Source: Aplysia californica (lineage: Eukaryota). Taken from it: a DNA stretch of 64,000 bases. Within the stretch, counting starts at the first letter, position 1; every line of letters begins with the position of its first letter. Positions 9,177-20,251 of this stretch are shown in pieces. The notes beneath the pieces were generated by a model. That model did not search any database. It saw only the letters and a list, made by a program, of their open reading frames with translations, and was not told the origin of the DNA. The position numbers and the translations under genes are program-made. Location: NCBI RefSeq assembly GCF_000002075.1, contig NW_004797445.1, forward strand, positions 446,507 through 510,506, given 5' to 3'.

Positions 9177-12100
9177 TCAGCCATGGCCAGAACTCTTTTT
9201 ATGTTTCACATGAGCACGTCTTAGCTGTCGAAACAGAGCAGACTGCTTTCTTTTCTTTCTAGCATTGAGCATAGCAGACCGGCTTTCATAATTTGTCTCA
9301 CTACTATCTGAAGTCACAGAAGATTGACTTCCATCACCATTGTCGCCACTGTCATCGTTACCATCATTGTCATTTTTACTATAACCACCGTCATCATCTT
9401 TATTTTTATCCTTTACATCATCGTCATCACCACCCTTCTCCTTTGTATCATCCTCACTATCATCATCACTCCTAAGTATGGAACAGTTCTTGCTTGTGTT
9501 GTGTGTCTTTGAGCACACTGGGTCATCATCACTTTCTTCAGAGGGCTGAGTTTCCCCCTGAGAGAATGGTGCATCAATGTTCCTGACTGAAGATTCCAGT
9601 TTCTCCTCAGTCACTGATGAACCAGCTACACAGGCTTTTTCCCTTTCTTCTTTTTCTTCTTCACTAGAGCTTGACTGCAACTTGATCCTTTTGTGATAAT
9701 TCTTAATCCGATGTTTTCTGGTCTGAAAGAGCACAAAATACAAAGTAATTAAAAAAACAATGACAACATTGCAACAATATTATTTTTTTCCCCATAAAAG
9801 TAAAAAAAAAAGGGTGACTTTATTTAGGCCACATATATACGGCCTAAATAAGCTCAAGCCCCCTTCCTAACCTTATTTAGGCCACATACGGGGTGTATCG
9901 AGGCAGATTCGCCCTGCCGCGTGCACGTTCACTAAACTACCTACTATTACGACAGTCGGAGGAGGGCCCTCCGGTCCGGGCACTTTGTGTACACGCTTTT
10001 ATGCAACAAATTTAACCCAAAAGTCCATTCGGAGAATTTGACCTGTTCACTTACACAAAGTATGCCAAAATGGTAGCCTAGCTTTTGCTCCTATATATGA
10101 AAGAAAAACTATGGCCCTCATTTCAAACCATTGGGATTGAGCAAAATTTTACGCACTGTGCGTTGCTCTTACTGTTTTCATTATTATGATTTATTTAAAG
10201 GTATTCACTTGAGACAAAATTGAACTGAATTACGAGAAAGGTGCAACGTTGTGAAAGCGGGACAAACTCAATTCCTGTGAAAAGGGTAGTTTGAGCTTTG
10301 GCCTAAATAAGTCTACCTGGGGGTCTTCACAGTATATAGGCCTAGCATCTCTGTTTGTCGCTAATCGCGGCCGCGATTTTTGCATTTTCCAACAAAAAAC
10401 AAAACCAAAAAACCCCCCAAAAAACCCAACCCCCCCCCTCCCACCCAACAACAACAAAACACCGCCCGGGAATAAGAAAAGCGGGGACAAAAACCTGAGA
10501 AATATACAAAGAAAAAAAGGAACCAAACCTCTTTACTTTTAGAAAAAAAGTTTGTTTTCACTCCTGCTTCACTTCGTCTCTTTCAGTCACTTGTTGACAT
10601 CATGTTGATTTGTTATTTTCATGTGAAGAGTATACATTACATACTATTAATATTGCTGCTTCTTTTATTTTTCCCTCTTTGTCATGTTTTAATTTGTTGG
10701 TGTGTTAATTTTTTTGTTATTGTTCTGATGTGTTGGTTTTTTATTTTTTATTTCTGTGTTCATATAACGAAACGTAATTTCAGTTAAGTTGTTCCTACCT
10801 TTTTTTTTATACATAATGTGTTATGTTAGAGCCAGTTTCCACCAAAACCAAATACTGACACTGGCACGACCCTTGAGTGTGATTCCATAATTTACATGTA
10901 ATATCCTGTACTTTTTCTTGAATTACACACGCTTAGGGTTAAAACGGCCAATCTTCGGATAGGTCGACATACGCCCTCCTTTTCTAGTTATGATTTCTTT
11001 CTCTTGTGAAACCTTTATTTTTCATATTTTTACACTCTGTGTGGCTACAAATGATATTCACGATGCTTAAAACTAGCACAAGAGGTTACCTCTATCAACA
11101 TATTGCTATACGTCGTCACAGAGAGTTGAAAACCTGAAAATTAATGGCAACTTTTGGCATTTTTGTGGCAACTTTTGAACAAAAAATTGGCAACAAACGC
11201 AGATGCTAGATAGGCAGTATGTGGCCTAAATAAGGTTACCTGGGGGCCTGCATGGTATATAGGCCAGCCATATGTGGCTTAAATAAGCACCACCCCCCCC
11301 CCAATAACAACAACAAAAAATGAACTGAAATACTGTAGTGAAATTATATAAAAAATAAAAATAGAAGAAAAAACAAAACATAAGGGGGAAATGGAAAGTG
11401 GCCATTTGTACAGGTGGCCTTCATGGCAGGTTTGAGTGTACAGTGCCAGTCTTTATGATTGAAATCAGGTTTGTCAAGTTGAGCCCATTCTTAATCTTAA
11501 CTCTAACATTTTAACATTTTGGAAACAAAAATAGTCCATTTCAAAGTGACAACTTTCTGCATGCTATTACAAAGTTGGAAATGTACAAAAAAAGTCTTCA
11601 TAAAATCTTTTTTCTTTTTGTCTTTGAGATTGTGAACAATGCCCATTTGGTCCTAGATCTTTTATCATAAGAAAAATTATGAAGCAGCATGATTTGAATC
11701 ACATTTTAGGAGATTTATCAACACTCATGACTTGAACAACAGTTTGAACACTAAGCCTCTACTCTATGCCGTGCATAGTTAAAAATACAAAATCTAGGAG
11801 AAGTTTGATGACCAATTACTTACTACATAATGAGTACTGTATGTTATTCAGCATGAAAGTATGGCACCAATGTGAAAATCACTTGTTCAAGTTCAATGGA
11901 ATTAGGTGAAATAGTGTGTACATTCAATCTATTAAAACTGAATAAAAGAAGTTGTACCATGATGTAAAGGTGAAATGTTGTAAGACAAGACTTACAGTAC
12001 ATAAAAGAATGAAAAACAGTATCATAAAATAAGGTTACACTCACTATGTTTCATTTTGACTTTCTCAATTTTTAAAACTCTGATTGTCCATATTTTATGC

Positions 12101-15100
12101 CCCTATGACACAATTTAGATCATTTAGGAGGCGGACTGCTTTAACCCTGCCATTCAGGGCCAGCCTGGGCAGAGAACATTAAAACGTCCCAGTAAAAAGA
12201 TGGAGCTACATGATACAAAGTTCTTCCTGCATGGGAATCCAACTCATATATTCCGTTTGCAGCAGCAAAGTGCCTAACTGCTATATCACAGCTACCCATT
12301 CGTACAATGTTTTCCTGCTTATATAAATATATTAATTATAAAGAAAGCGATCTAGCATTCACATGGCAAACAAATTTTCAGGTCCACAAGTTTTTCTCAT
12401 TTAACATACATACTCATCATGTATTCTTTTTTCAAAAGACATAGGGCTTACATAATAACAAAACTTGTACATTATCATAATGAAAACATTTCCGTGTCCG
12501 GCTGATTTTCCTATCCACACAATAGACTGTAAAATGAACCACCTTTTCTTGCTTGGAATCATCAGAGTTTGAGTTATCTGAGGCCAAAGAGACATCATCA
12601 CTTGTATCCTCATAGTCATCAAAGTTATAGTTGTTGTACCTGAGGTATTGAAAAATGAGCAAATGAAAGGAATGATTTCAAATCATTACACTTGTCAAAC
12701 CTCGCTACACCGCTTACCTTGGGTTGGGCATGAAGTTGGTGGTACAGCGGGGCTAGCAGTACAACAGGATAGCACTGGTTGTCATCTTGATCAGTGGTAG
12801 ACTGGTAGAGACTAGAGAAACCAATGTGGCCAGTCTTGACTCTTCCAGATCTGTCTTTATACAAAATGCGATTGCCATGCGCAGGGGAAAAGCGAATAGC
12901 AACCAATTACATTATGTACAGCTCCATTTTCTGCAGGATCAGAGGCTCAGCTATGCGCCAAGGACCTTGTAGACGTACAGTTTTTTTAAAATAACAAGAT
13001 ACTCATCAGTTGTTGTGCCGCCTCAAACCTATCAAGTCGATTTGAGCGCGAGTCCTCACGAAACAAAAGCCTCATNNNNNNNNNNNNNNNNNNNNNNNNN
13101 NNNNNNNNNNNNNNNNNNNNNNNNNNNNNNNNNNNNNNNNNNNNNNNNNNNNNNNNNNNNNNNNNNNNNNNNNNNNNNNNNNNNNNNNNNNNNNNNNNNN
13201 NNNNNNNNNNNNNNNNNNNNNNNNNNNNNNNNNNNNNNNNNNNNNNNNNNNNNNNNNNNNNNNNNNNNNNNNNNNNNNNNNNNNNNNNNNNNNNNNNNNN
13301 NNNNNNNNNNNNNNNNNNNNNNNNNNNNNNNNNNNNNNNNNNNNNNNNNNNNNNNNNNNNNNNNNNNNNNNNNNNNNNNNNNNNNNNNNNNNNNNNNNNN
13401 NNNNNNNNNNNNNNNNNNNNNNNNNNNNNNNNNNNNNNNNNNNNNNNNNNNNNNNNNNNNNNNNNNNNNNNNNNNNNNNNNNNNNNNNNNNNNNNNNNNN
13501 NNNNNNNNNNNNNNNNNNNNNNNNNNNNNNNNNNNNNNNNNNNNNNNNNNNNNNNNNNNNNNNNNNNNNNNNNNNNNNNNNNNNNNNNNNNNNNNNNNNN
13601 NNNNNNNNNNNNNNNNNNNNNNNNNNNNNNNNNNNNNNNNNNNNNNNNNNNNNNNNNNNNNNNNNNNNNNNNNNNNNNNNNNNNNNNNNNNNNNNNNNNN
13701 NNNNNNNNNNNNNNNNNNNNNNNNNNNNNNNNNNNNNNNNNNNNNNNNNNNNNNNNNNNNNNNNNNNNNNNNNNNNNNNNNNNNNNNNNNNNNNNNNNNN
13801 NNNNNNNNNNNNNNNNNNNNNNNNNNNNNNNNNNNNNNNNNNNNNNNNNNNNNNNNNNNNNNNNNNNNNNNNNNNNNNNNNNNNNNNNNNNNNNNNNNNN
13901 NNNNNNNNNNNNGGGGGGGGGTCATTGATCTCTTAGAATTTGACTTATCCATGGAAGCGAACTGAGCTGCATTGAAAAAAGTTGTAAAACTAAGTACTGC
14001 TGACAACTCTAAAATGGTGATCTAAGTGCATTGTTGCACAACCGCATCGTTTAAAAATAAAGCATAGGCCTACTTAGTCTCTTGTTCACGCATTCATCAA
14101 AGATTACCTACCAAAAAATTAAATCTTACTTATCAATAGACCTACATTAGAACAGAAGACAACATCAGAAAGTTTTACGGCCAAAGTGTAATCAATGAGG
14201 TGGGAATTACTCTTTAACTTCAAAATTACTCACAATTTCGTAAAATTATTCACAGTTTTCTTTGGAGTAATACGTTTCAGACTTTTATTGGGTGAAGCTT
14301 CATCCGGAATTTGGTTCCAAACAGAGTCTCGTGTTGGAAGAACAAAACCTGGTTTGTGTTGTTTCCGCAAAATCCGAAACGACTGCCTCTTTGCATTTGA
14401 TGGAGTGACCTGTCAGAAAAAAATTAATAAACATTACAAAATTATTATATTATTTAATCAAACTCAAACAGCAAAAATGACTCCTAAAAACTTTCAATTT
14501 CAACATCACTTTCTAAGGCGAACATTATAACATATTAATAATAAAAATATTAAAAAATATTTTTTATAATGTGGACTGAAGCCACCAGAAACCAAACTGA
14601 ACAAAACGGAACCGATCCTCAAATGGGCATCATCTATTAGTATTAACTTTCACTTTCGCCTAACCATGTAAAATTTTTTTTAGCACACTGAGAAATTTAC
14701 ATTGCGTGCTCATGAAACTTCTACAGGCCAGCGACCAAACAAAAATATTTAAAAAAAATCTTGATCCAGTAATAAACAAGTTTTTCCATTTGGAGCCTTA
14801 TACAGTGGATACCTGATATAACAGGAATGGTGGGACCAGAGAAAAAATCCTGAAAATTTATATATATCAGATCCCTGTTAAATAAGAAATACAAGGGAAG
14901 TAAGCATTTGTGGACTAATCCAGCTGTGTTTATTCATGGGTAGTTTCCCTTGCCACAAGCACCCCGTGCATGACACATTAGGCATGCGTGTAGCTAGGCT
15001 CAGGGCTAGATCGAAGTCTGCAGCCCTCTCTCGCTTCACCCGCAGTGTGAGCTTGCAGTGGGGTGGCTTGCGTGGGCTTCCTCCATCACTGCAATACTCT

Positions 15101-18100
15101 CTCTCTCTTACTTTTTCCACTTTGTTATCGAGCCTTTGTCCCTGCTATAACCGATTGGGCTCGGATGAGGCGCCGGCCCTGTTATTGCCGATAACTTTTA
15201 ATAGAGATAAAGAGAAAGAAAAAACAGGGATTTAACTGTCATTACTGGACCCCGGTTACCACCATGTCTTGGTTTCCACAGTAATATTAAAACGGGCACC
15301 TTGTCTCAAAATCTACATACACGGTAAACCGGAATGAAAATAAATCAATATTTTGTCCTTTGCTGTCATTTGCTGAAAAAAAAAGAAAGTCATACAAGCG
15401 TCTTGTCGGGCTCGCCATTGTGACCGGTCAGTGAACCTGTGCGTGTGCATCACATTGTGAGTACCGGTTGGGGGTCACCAAAGTTCATTCAAAGCCTGTG
15501 CGCTGCGAAGTATAGGGCTCCGGAATAGGGGGATTATTTATTTTTTTTAAAAGTACAGTCGGGGGAGGGGTGGGGATGAAGGAAACACCGGATGACAAAA
15601 ACTGAACTTGGAGTTCTGAACTGCCCCGTTACCGTGTACGTGACACTGAGACTACGGGCCCGATTGCCAGTTACCGTGTACATTATTGAGGCTACATGCC
15701 CGGTTTCCGTGTACATGACACTGAGACTACGTGCCCGGTTGCCGGTTACTCATACTGTGTACGTAGACACTGAGGCTAGGTGCCTGGTTACCGTGTACGT
15801 AGACAATCCGATATTAAAAACCACTCTTTGGATGCATGCATACACAGGATCACTAAAATTTAAAATGACTTTCAGTACTTACACTTACAGTAGCCTTGTT
15901 TACATAAATTGCTCATTTTGAGACAGCTACATCACCCTGCCCCCACATTTCAGTGTGTAAGCTAGTCGGCTTCATCCCCCCGCTGTCTAGATGTCTCCGC
16001 ATGAGTTTAGAAAATTATTCATCCCTTCTCTTGAATTGTGTTTCTTAATGTATGTGCGGTAAATCCTTTATCATCTTTTTGATCTGCTAAACACTGTGCA
16101 GTCACTTGGCGCAATAATGCGCCGGTGAAAATTGTCCGTTCTGGGCACCTGGCGCAATTACGGCGCCAGTCCCGAGAAGTCTGTTGCAGTCGCTCTCCTG
16201 GCCGGGTGACCAGATGGGGTATTTTGTACAGCTGGCTGTGAAACTCTGCAAAGTGTTTTTTAAGGCTTACATCAAAGAAAACATGTTGGAACCATAGTTG
16301 CAAGTGACTTTTATTCCAGATCTATTTTTATGAATGGGCTTTTTTTAGATTCTGTTGGCCATCCAACTTTTAGACCGTATGCAAAGATCTGAGAAGACTA
16401 TACAGATTGATTTCATATTACTACGGAAAAAGCACCGATAAGTTAAAGCAAAGATAGTACAAAATGGTCCACTCAGCCATAAAAATGTCCGCCGAAAGTC
16501 CGCTCTTTGCTTCAGATGGCGCTGCAGTCTGTTTTGAAGCTCTCTTTCGTTTCTCCAGAAGAAGAATAGGAATAGCACTTCCTTGCGAGCGCAGATCGAC
16601 TGCTGTTCATCAGCTGTTCAGGTTCGTTCAGAGCGGAGTTTTAGTTGTTTTTTATTTCAATGACCTCTCGTTTCTCATTCTTAAGTTAAATTAAACGAAG
16701 AAAACAGTCGCCCCTTCTTCCAAAACAGGTTTTTTGTCAGCGTAATCATTTTTAAAAAGCGTTCTTCCGAAATTTGAATTCTTATTTTTATTAAAAAACT
16801 TGTTAGTTTCACTTTGATTTTTTAAAACACAAGTAGGGTAACTCTGTTCGCAAAGGGTGCGCATTTGTGAAGAGGGTGCCACCGAATTTTGAGGACACTT
16901 TTTTAATTGGCTCAAAGAGAGAAGTACGTGGACCCTCTTGTTATGTAGACTCTTTGGTTAAAGTTATAAAGTGTAGATCTAGATATCTAGATCTAGGCTA
17001 ATAAAGACAAGCAAGTGGCTATTCTCCGGCGTCACGCCGGTCAATAGATCGGAAGCTATTCTCCGGCGTCACGTCGCCGGTCTATTACTTAAATGAATTA
17101 CAATGTATTTGTCGTGAGAAAAAATTCCCATAACTTCACCACTTCGATTGATACAGATGATACATTTTCAGACACAAACTCCCTCAATTCCTCCAATTTA
17201 GAATTAAGAAGAAGTTACATTTTCACTGTTTACAAAAACGGAGATACGACAAGAAAGCACTGAAGTCGCGGAATATCAGTTAAATTTATCGAAAATTATA
17301 ACAACAAGAGATACGTTAAACAGCAAGCTATACTATGACTAGACAAGATTTTAGACACAAAATAAATTTTGTTCGTTTAAAGAAACAGAATCGTTATTTT
17401 AATGAATAAAGTTACGTTTTTAGACAATTATCATAGATAAAACATAATGAAAGGTAGGTTTACTAGGCTTTAGAGATCTAATTATTGTAGATCTCAAAAT
17501 CCGCGCCGACAAATACATGGTAATTCATAAGTAATAGACCGGCGGCGTGACACCGGAGAATAGCTTCTGATCTATTGACCGGCGCGACGCCGATGAATAG
17601 CCACTTGCTAAAGACAAAGTCGCAAATTTATGAGCGGCTATAAAGGGCAAGCCGTCTTTGAGTCCGAATAACATTTTTTCATATTCGGACTCGAGTCCGA
17701 ATAAAAAAATTCATATTCGGACTCGAGTCCGAATATGAAAAAATGTTATTCGGACTCGGGTCCGGAAAAAAGGAAGTGTATTCGTTCTATAGATCTATCG
17801 TTCAGTGCTTCCTATTTTCCGCAATTTTTTAGTTTCCCCCACACCTTTTCTGCCGATCCGATGCCCGGCGCCTCATTGATACACCCCCCAACCCCCCATG
17901 TTTCCCACTTTCTTTGTTGTAGAAAAAGGTAAAATTGAAGATTAGCAGACCACCTTGCACCTGCATATTATGAGCTGTGTAAAAAAATAAAAAGACCGAT
18001 TCATTCAAATACACAAGCCTGTGTCATCTTGATTGTTTACCAAGAAAAAGTTGAGCTGCTGTGTAGAGCTGAGCATAATATAATGACAACTTTTGATTCC

Positions 18101-19667
18101 ATAGACCAGCGCACAATTCATTACATAGATATCTACGTCAAGACTAGCTTATTATTGTATTGTAATAAAATAATGATTAGTTGCCGGGGGAAAAAAGACT
18201 GACGCGTATGCGACGTTCAACGCTCGGACCGATAGTGCCCCCCCCACCCCCCTCCCCGACACGCACACAGCCACACGTGTGCAGGCCGCCCATCTGACCG
18301 CGACACACGCTAACGAGCCATCTTTAATTGCTTCTGAAATATTTATTAGAAGCGCTATAACTTTTCAGGCCGGCCTCAAATTCATCATAAGATAAAAACT
18401 CGGCTCCTGCACAAAACGCCATTTTTGCCCGAAGTGATCCCGGTCTCTACCCAGCCTGAGGCGAGTCACGAGTGAGGCAGGACAGGAAAGCCGGAGTCAC
18501 CAGTCACAGGAAGTCGGAAGTGCAGTGGCGGTGGGTAGTGAAGGGCTCACGGGCTTGAGCCCCTCCCCCCTCCCCAACCACCACCCCCAACTCTGTCCCA
18601 AAGTAAATGAAAGTTTCTCCATAATGAAATAAACAGTTGAAACCGTTATGACCGCACGCAATGAACACAGAGTGATCAACCTGGCGGCTTGCTCGCTTAT
18701 CCAATCACTGTTGTCCCCGCTTACAACTATACTAACCAAGCAGCCAATCAAATGTCTTTAGTGGCTCAGCAAAGATGAGCCCTTTTCCCACAGTCCGTCC
18801 TTAATGAAACTCTTCTTGTAAAAAGGTAGAAGACAGGGAAAAAATAACACTGTACCGAGGGCTCACGCTCTCCTAGCCCTGACAATGGCCTCAATGGGGT
18901 GAAAGTTTACGACACACTTTCCCGTACTGACACGGATACCTATGCGCTCATTGGTTCTTTGTTGGGTGCGTTCAACTTTCTTGACTACACGGCCTAATCC
19001 AGCTCATAGAAGTATTATTACTATTATGTTTGAAGTGCTGTGTGTGCATGTTTGTGTTTGTGCTGCTGAGATTTAACAGTTATAACTTTTTCATTACACG
19101 AAAACTAATTAGAGGAAATTTGGAGGTGAATCGGTTTTGTCTCCACCATCAACAAGAATTTAACTAAGAACAAAGAGATTGAAAACAAAAGCAACTCTTC
19201 TCGTTTGAATGGTTCTCTAACTGCCGTGGCTCACCCTGAGTATAGAAAAATCATCACTGTTTAATTCTTATTGCTTGCTATTTGGTGGTAAAAAACTGAA
19301 AGCAACCTAAGCCCCACCCAAATTTTGGTCCACCCACCGCCACTGCGGAAGTGATGTCATGCTGGACAAGAATCAGAGTCCGAATAACATTTTTTCATGA
19401 TATTCGGACTCGAGTCCGAATAGTCACTTCGAAAGGGCAATGGCAACGGCACTGGGCATTGTTGAAGCATTCCATCAACTGCGCAAAGAGTAAATTTCTT
19501 GTCTCTTAATCTTTAAGTGTTACCTCGACGTCATCGTTATTCCGCGACTGATGACGGCGGCTGCTGGGAAGCCTACTGTTGTTGTTATTGTTGTCCTCAG
19601 AATCAGAGCCTGACGACGATGATATCGATCTAGCGTTCTTCCTTCTGCGTTTGGTACTTGCGCTCAT
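9177..19667 (-). CDS. Uncharacterised multi-exon gene for a low-complexity Ser/Asp-rich, Lys/Arg-rich probable nuclear protein
   Basis: GT-AG exons: 19667-19524 (MSASTKRRRKNARS...NDDVE, phase 0), 14409-14234 (VTPSNAKRQSF...TPKKTVNNFTK), probable microexon 14141-14130, unresolved exon(s) around the 13076-13912 gap and one ending at donor 12718, 12639-12543 (YNNYNFDDYEDTSDD...KQEK) and terminal exon 9722-9177 (TRKHRIKN...ARKKRKQSALFRQLRR...HG*). The central phases cannot be fully closed because of the gap. Confidence 0.7.
9812..11295. mobile_element. DNA element with long imperfect TIRs built from ttatttaggcc/ggcctaaataa dyads (MULE-like architecture)
   Basis: Left gggtgactttatttaggccacata, right tatgtggcttaaataagcaccaccc, with repeated ggcctaaataag motifs at both ends. 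TSD not resolvable. Confidence 0.65.
10343..11208. mobile_element. TAG-ended hAT-like MITE nested in the 9812-11295 element
   Basis: TIR tagcatctctgtttgtcgctaat/attggcaacaaacgcagatgcta; 8-bp flanks tataggcc/gataggca (6 of 8 match). Confidence 0.7.
13076..13912. other. Assembly gap inside the minus-strand gene (other gaps: 7963-8105, 26135-26234)
   Basis: Run of N. Confidence 1.
14803..15281 (-). mobile_element. Tigger/pogo MITE, shorter deletion derivative of the 7769-8628 family
   Basis: TA TSD, ends cagtggatacctgatataacagg and ggtttccacag. Reverse-complement homology to both ends of 7769-8628, but the transposase remnant is absent. Confidence 0.85.
15622..15805. repeat. Degenerate minisatellite (about 36-42 bp unit, gttaccgtgtacgtgacactgagactacg...)
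   Basis: About five tandem copies of ccgtgtac...cactgag...gccc visible. Confidence 0.8.
16449..16956. mobile_element. P-superfamily-like MITE, copy 1
   Basis: CAAAGA...TCTTTG termini, perfect 7-bp TSD gttaaag (16442-16448, 16957-16963), highly similar direct copy at 21317-21812. Confidence 0.85.
17011..17608. mobile_element. MULE-like MITE
   Basis: About 80-bp TIR starting gcaagtggctattc with an internal gctattctccggcgtcac repeat; perfect 9-bp TSD taaagacaa (17002-17010, 17609-17617). Confidence 0.9.
17651..19431 (-). mobile_element. MULE-like non-autonomous element with palindromic subterminal arrays
   Basis: Perfect 9-bp direct repeat aaagggcaa (17642-17650, 19432-19440). gagtccgaata-N-tattcggactc dyads at both ends; termini gccgtc... 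and ...aatagtcacttcg. Confidence 0.75.
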
Positions 19668-20251
19668 ATTAAAACTTCAATGTTTCAAAAATATTGAATA
19701 ACCAATGCACGACATGAAAATATTCCAATTCCTATGCTTTCGGGGAAACAACAATGTACGAAGTATTGGAGTTAATGTTGACTTTCGTTTTGATTATCGC
19801 TTCTCCTGCACTTGGCTCTTGTGCACTGTCCTCGCAGTTGGGTTTGGCGTTTATTGTTGTATCACTGTATGCCTAAATGCACACATATTTCTATTACAAT
19901 GTTTTTGAAGATAACTTCACTAGCCTATATATTTACAGAGAAAATTTTGTAAATTAATATTAATTTATTTGAATATTTCCCCCTTCTCTTTTATGCTTTC
20001 TTTTGTTCTAAATAGTAAATTCTACAAGCAGTCATTATTTGGACACTGTTTGTTGATGATTATTAGTCTAAAGCGCTGGTCAAATATCTGGCTTTGTTTT
20101 GCTTCTATCCTACAATCACTTCCGCTTTCACTTTCGTGAGGGCTGAAATTCAGGTCAGGCTCAACTCGATCGACACGTGCTAGCAAGCTAAGTCGTGTTT
20201 TGAGGACCCAACTATCTTTTACTGTGATTGATGGTGAATTGACTCATTGAC
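19668..20251. promoter_or_regulatory. Bidirectional promoter/5'UTR region shared by POLR1B and the minus-strand gene
   Basis: Lies between two divergent first coding exons; contains ETS-type cacttccg (20117-20124) and canonical E-box cacgtg (20174-20179). Confidence 0.6.

Noticed and set aside
9177-9722. Assignment of the acidic minus-strand protein as CCDC82
   Set aside because: Only compositional resemblance; no C-terminal cysteine-containing conserved domain is seen and the frame stops at 9177.
13015-14006. 316-aa ORFs on both strands
   Set aside because: Artefacts of the N gap; only the short non-N ends are real sequence.
15296-15418. Alternative start MASPTRR... for the minus-strand gene
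   Set aside because: The available donors give phase 2, incompatible with the only open frame (phase 0) of exon 14409-14234, whereas exon 19667-19524 fits.
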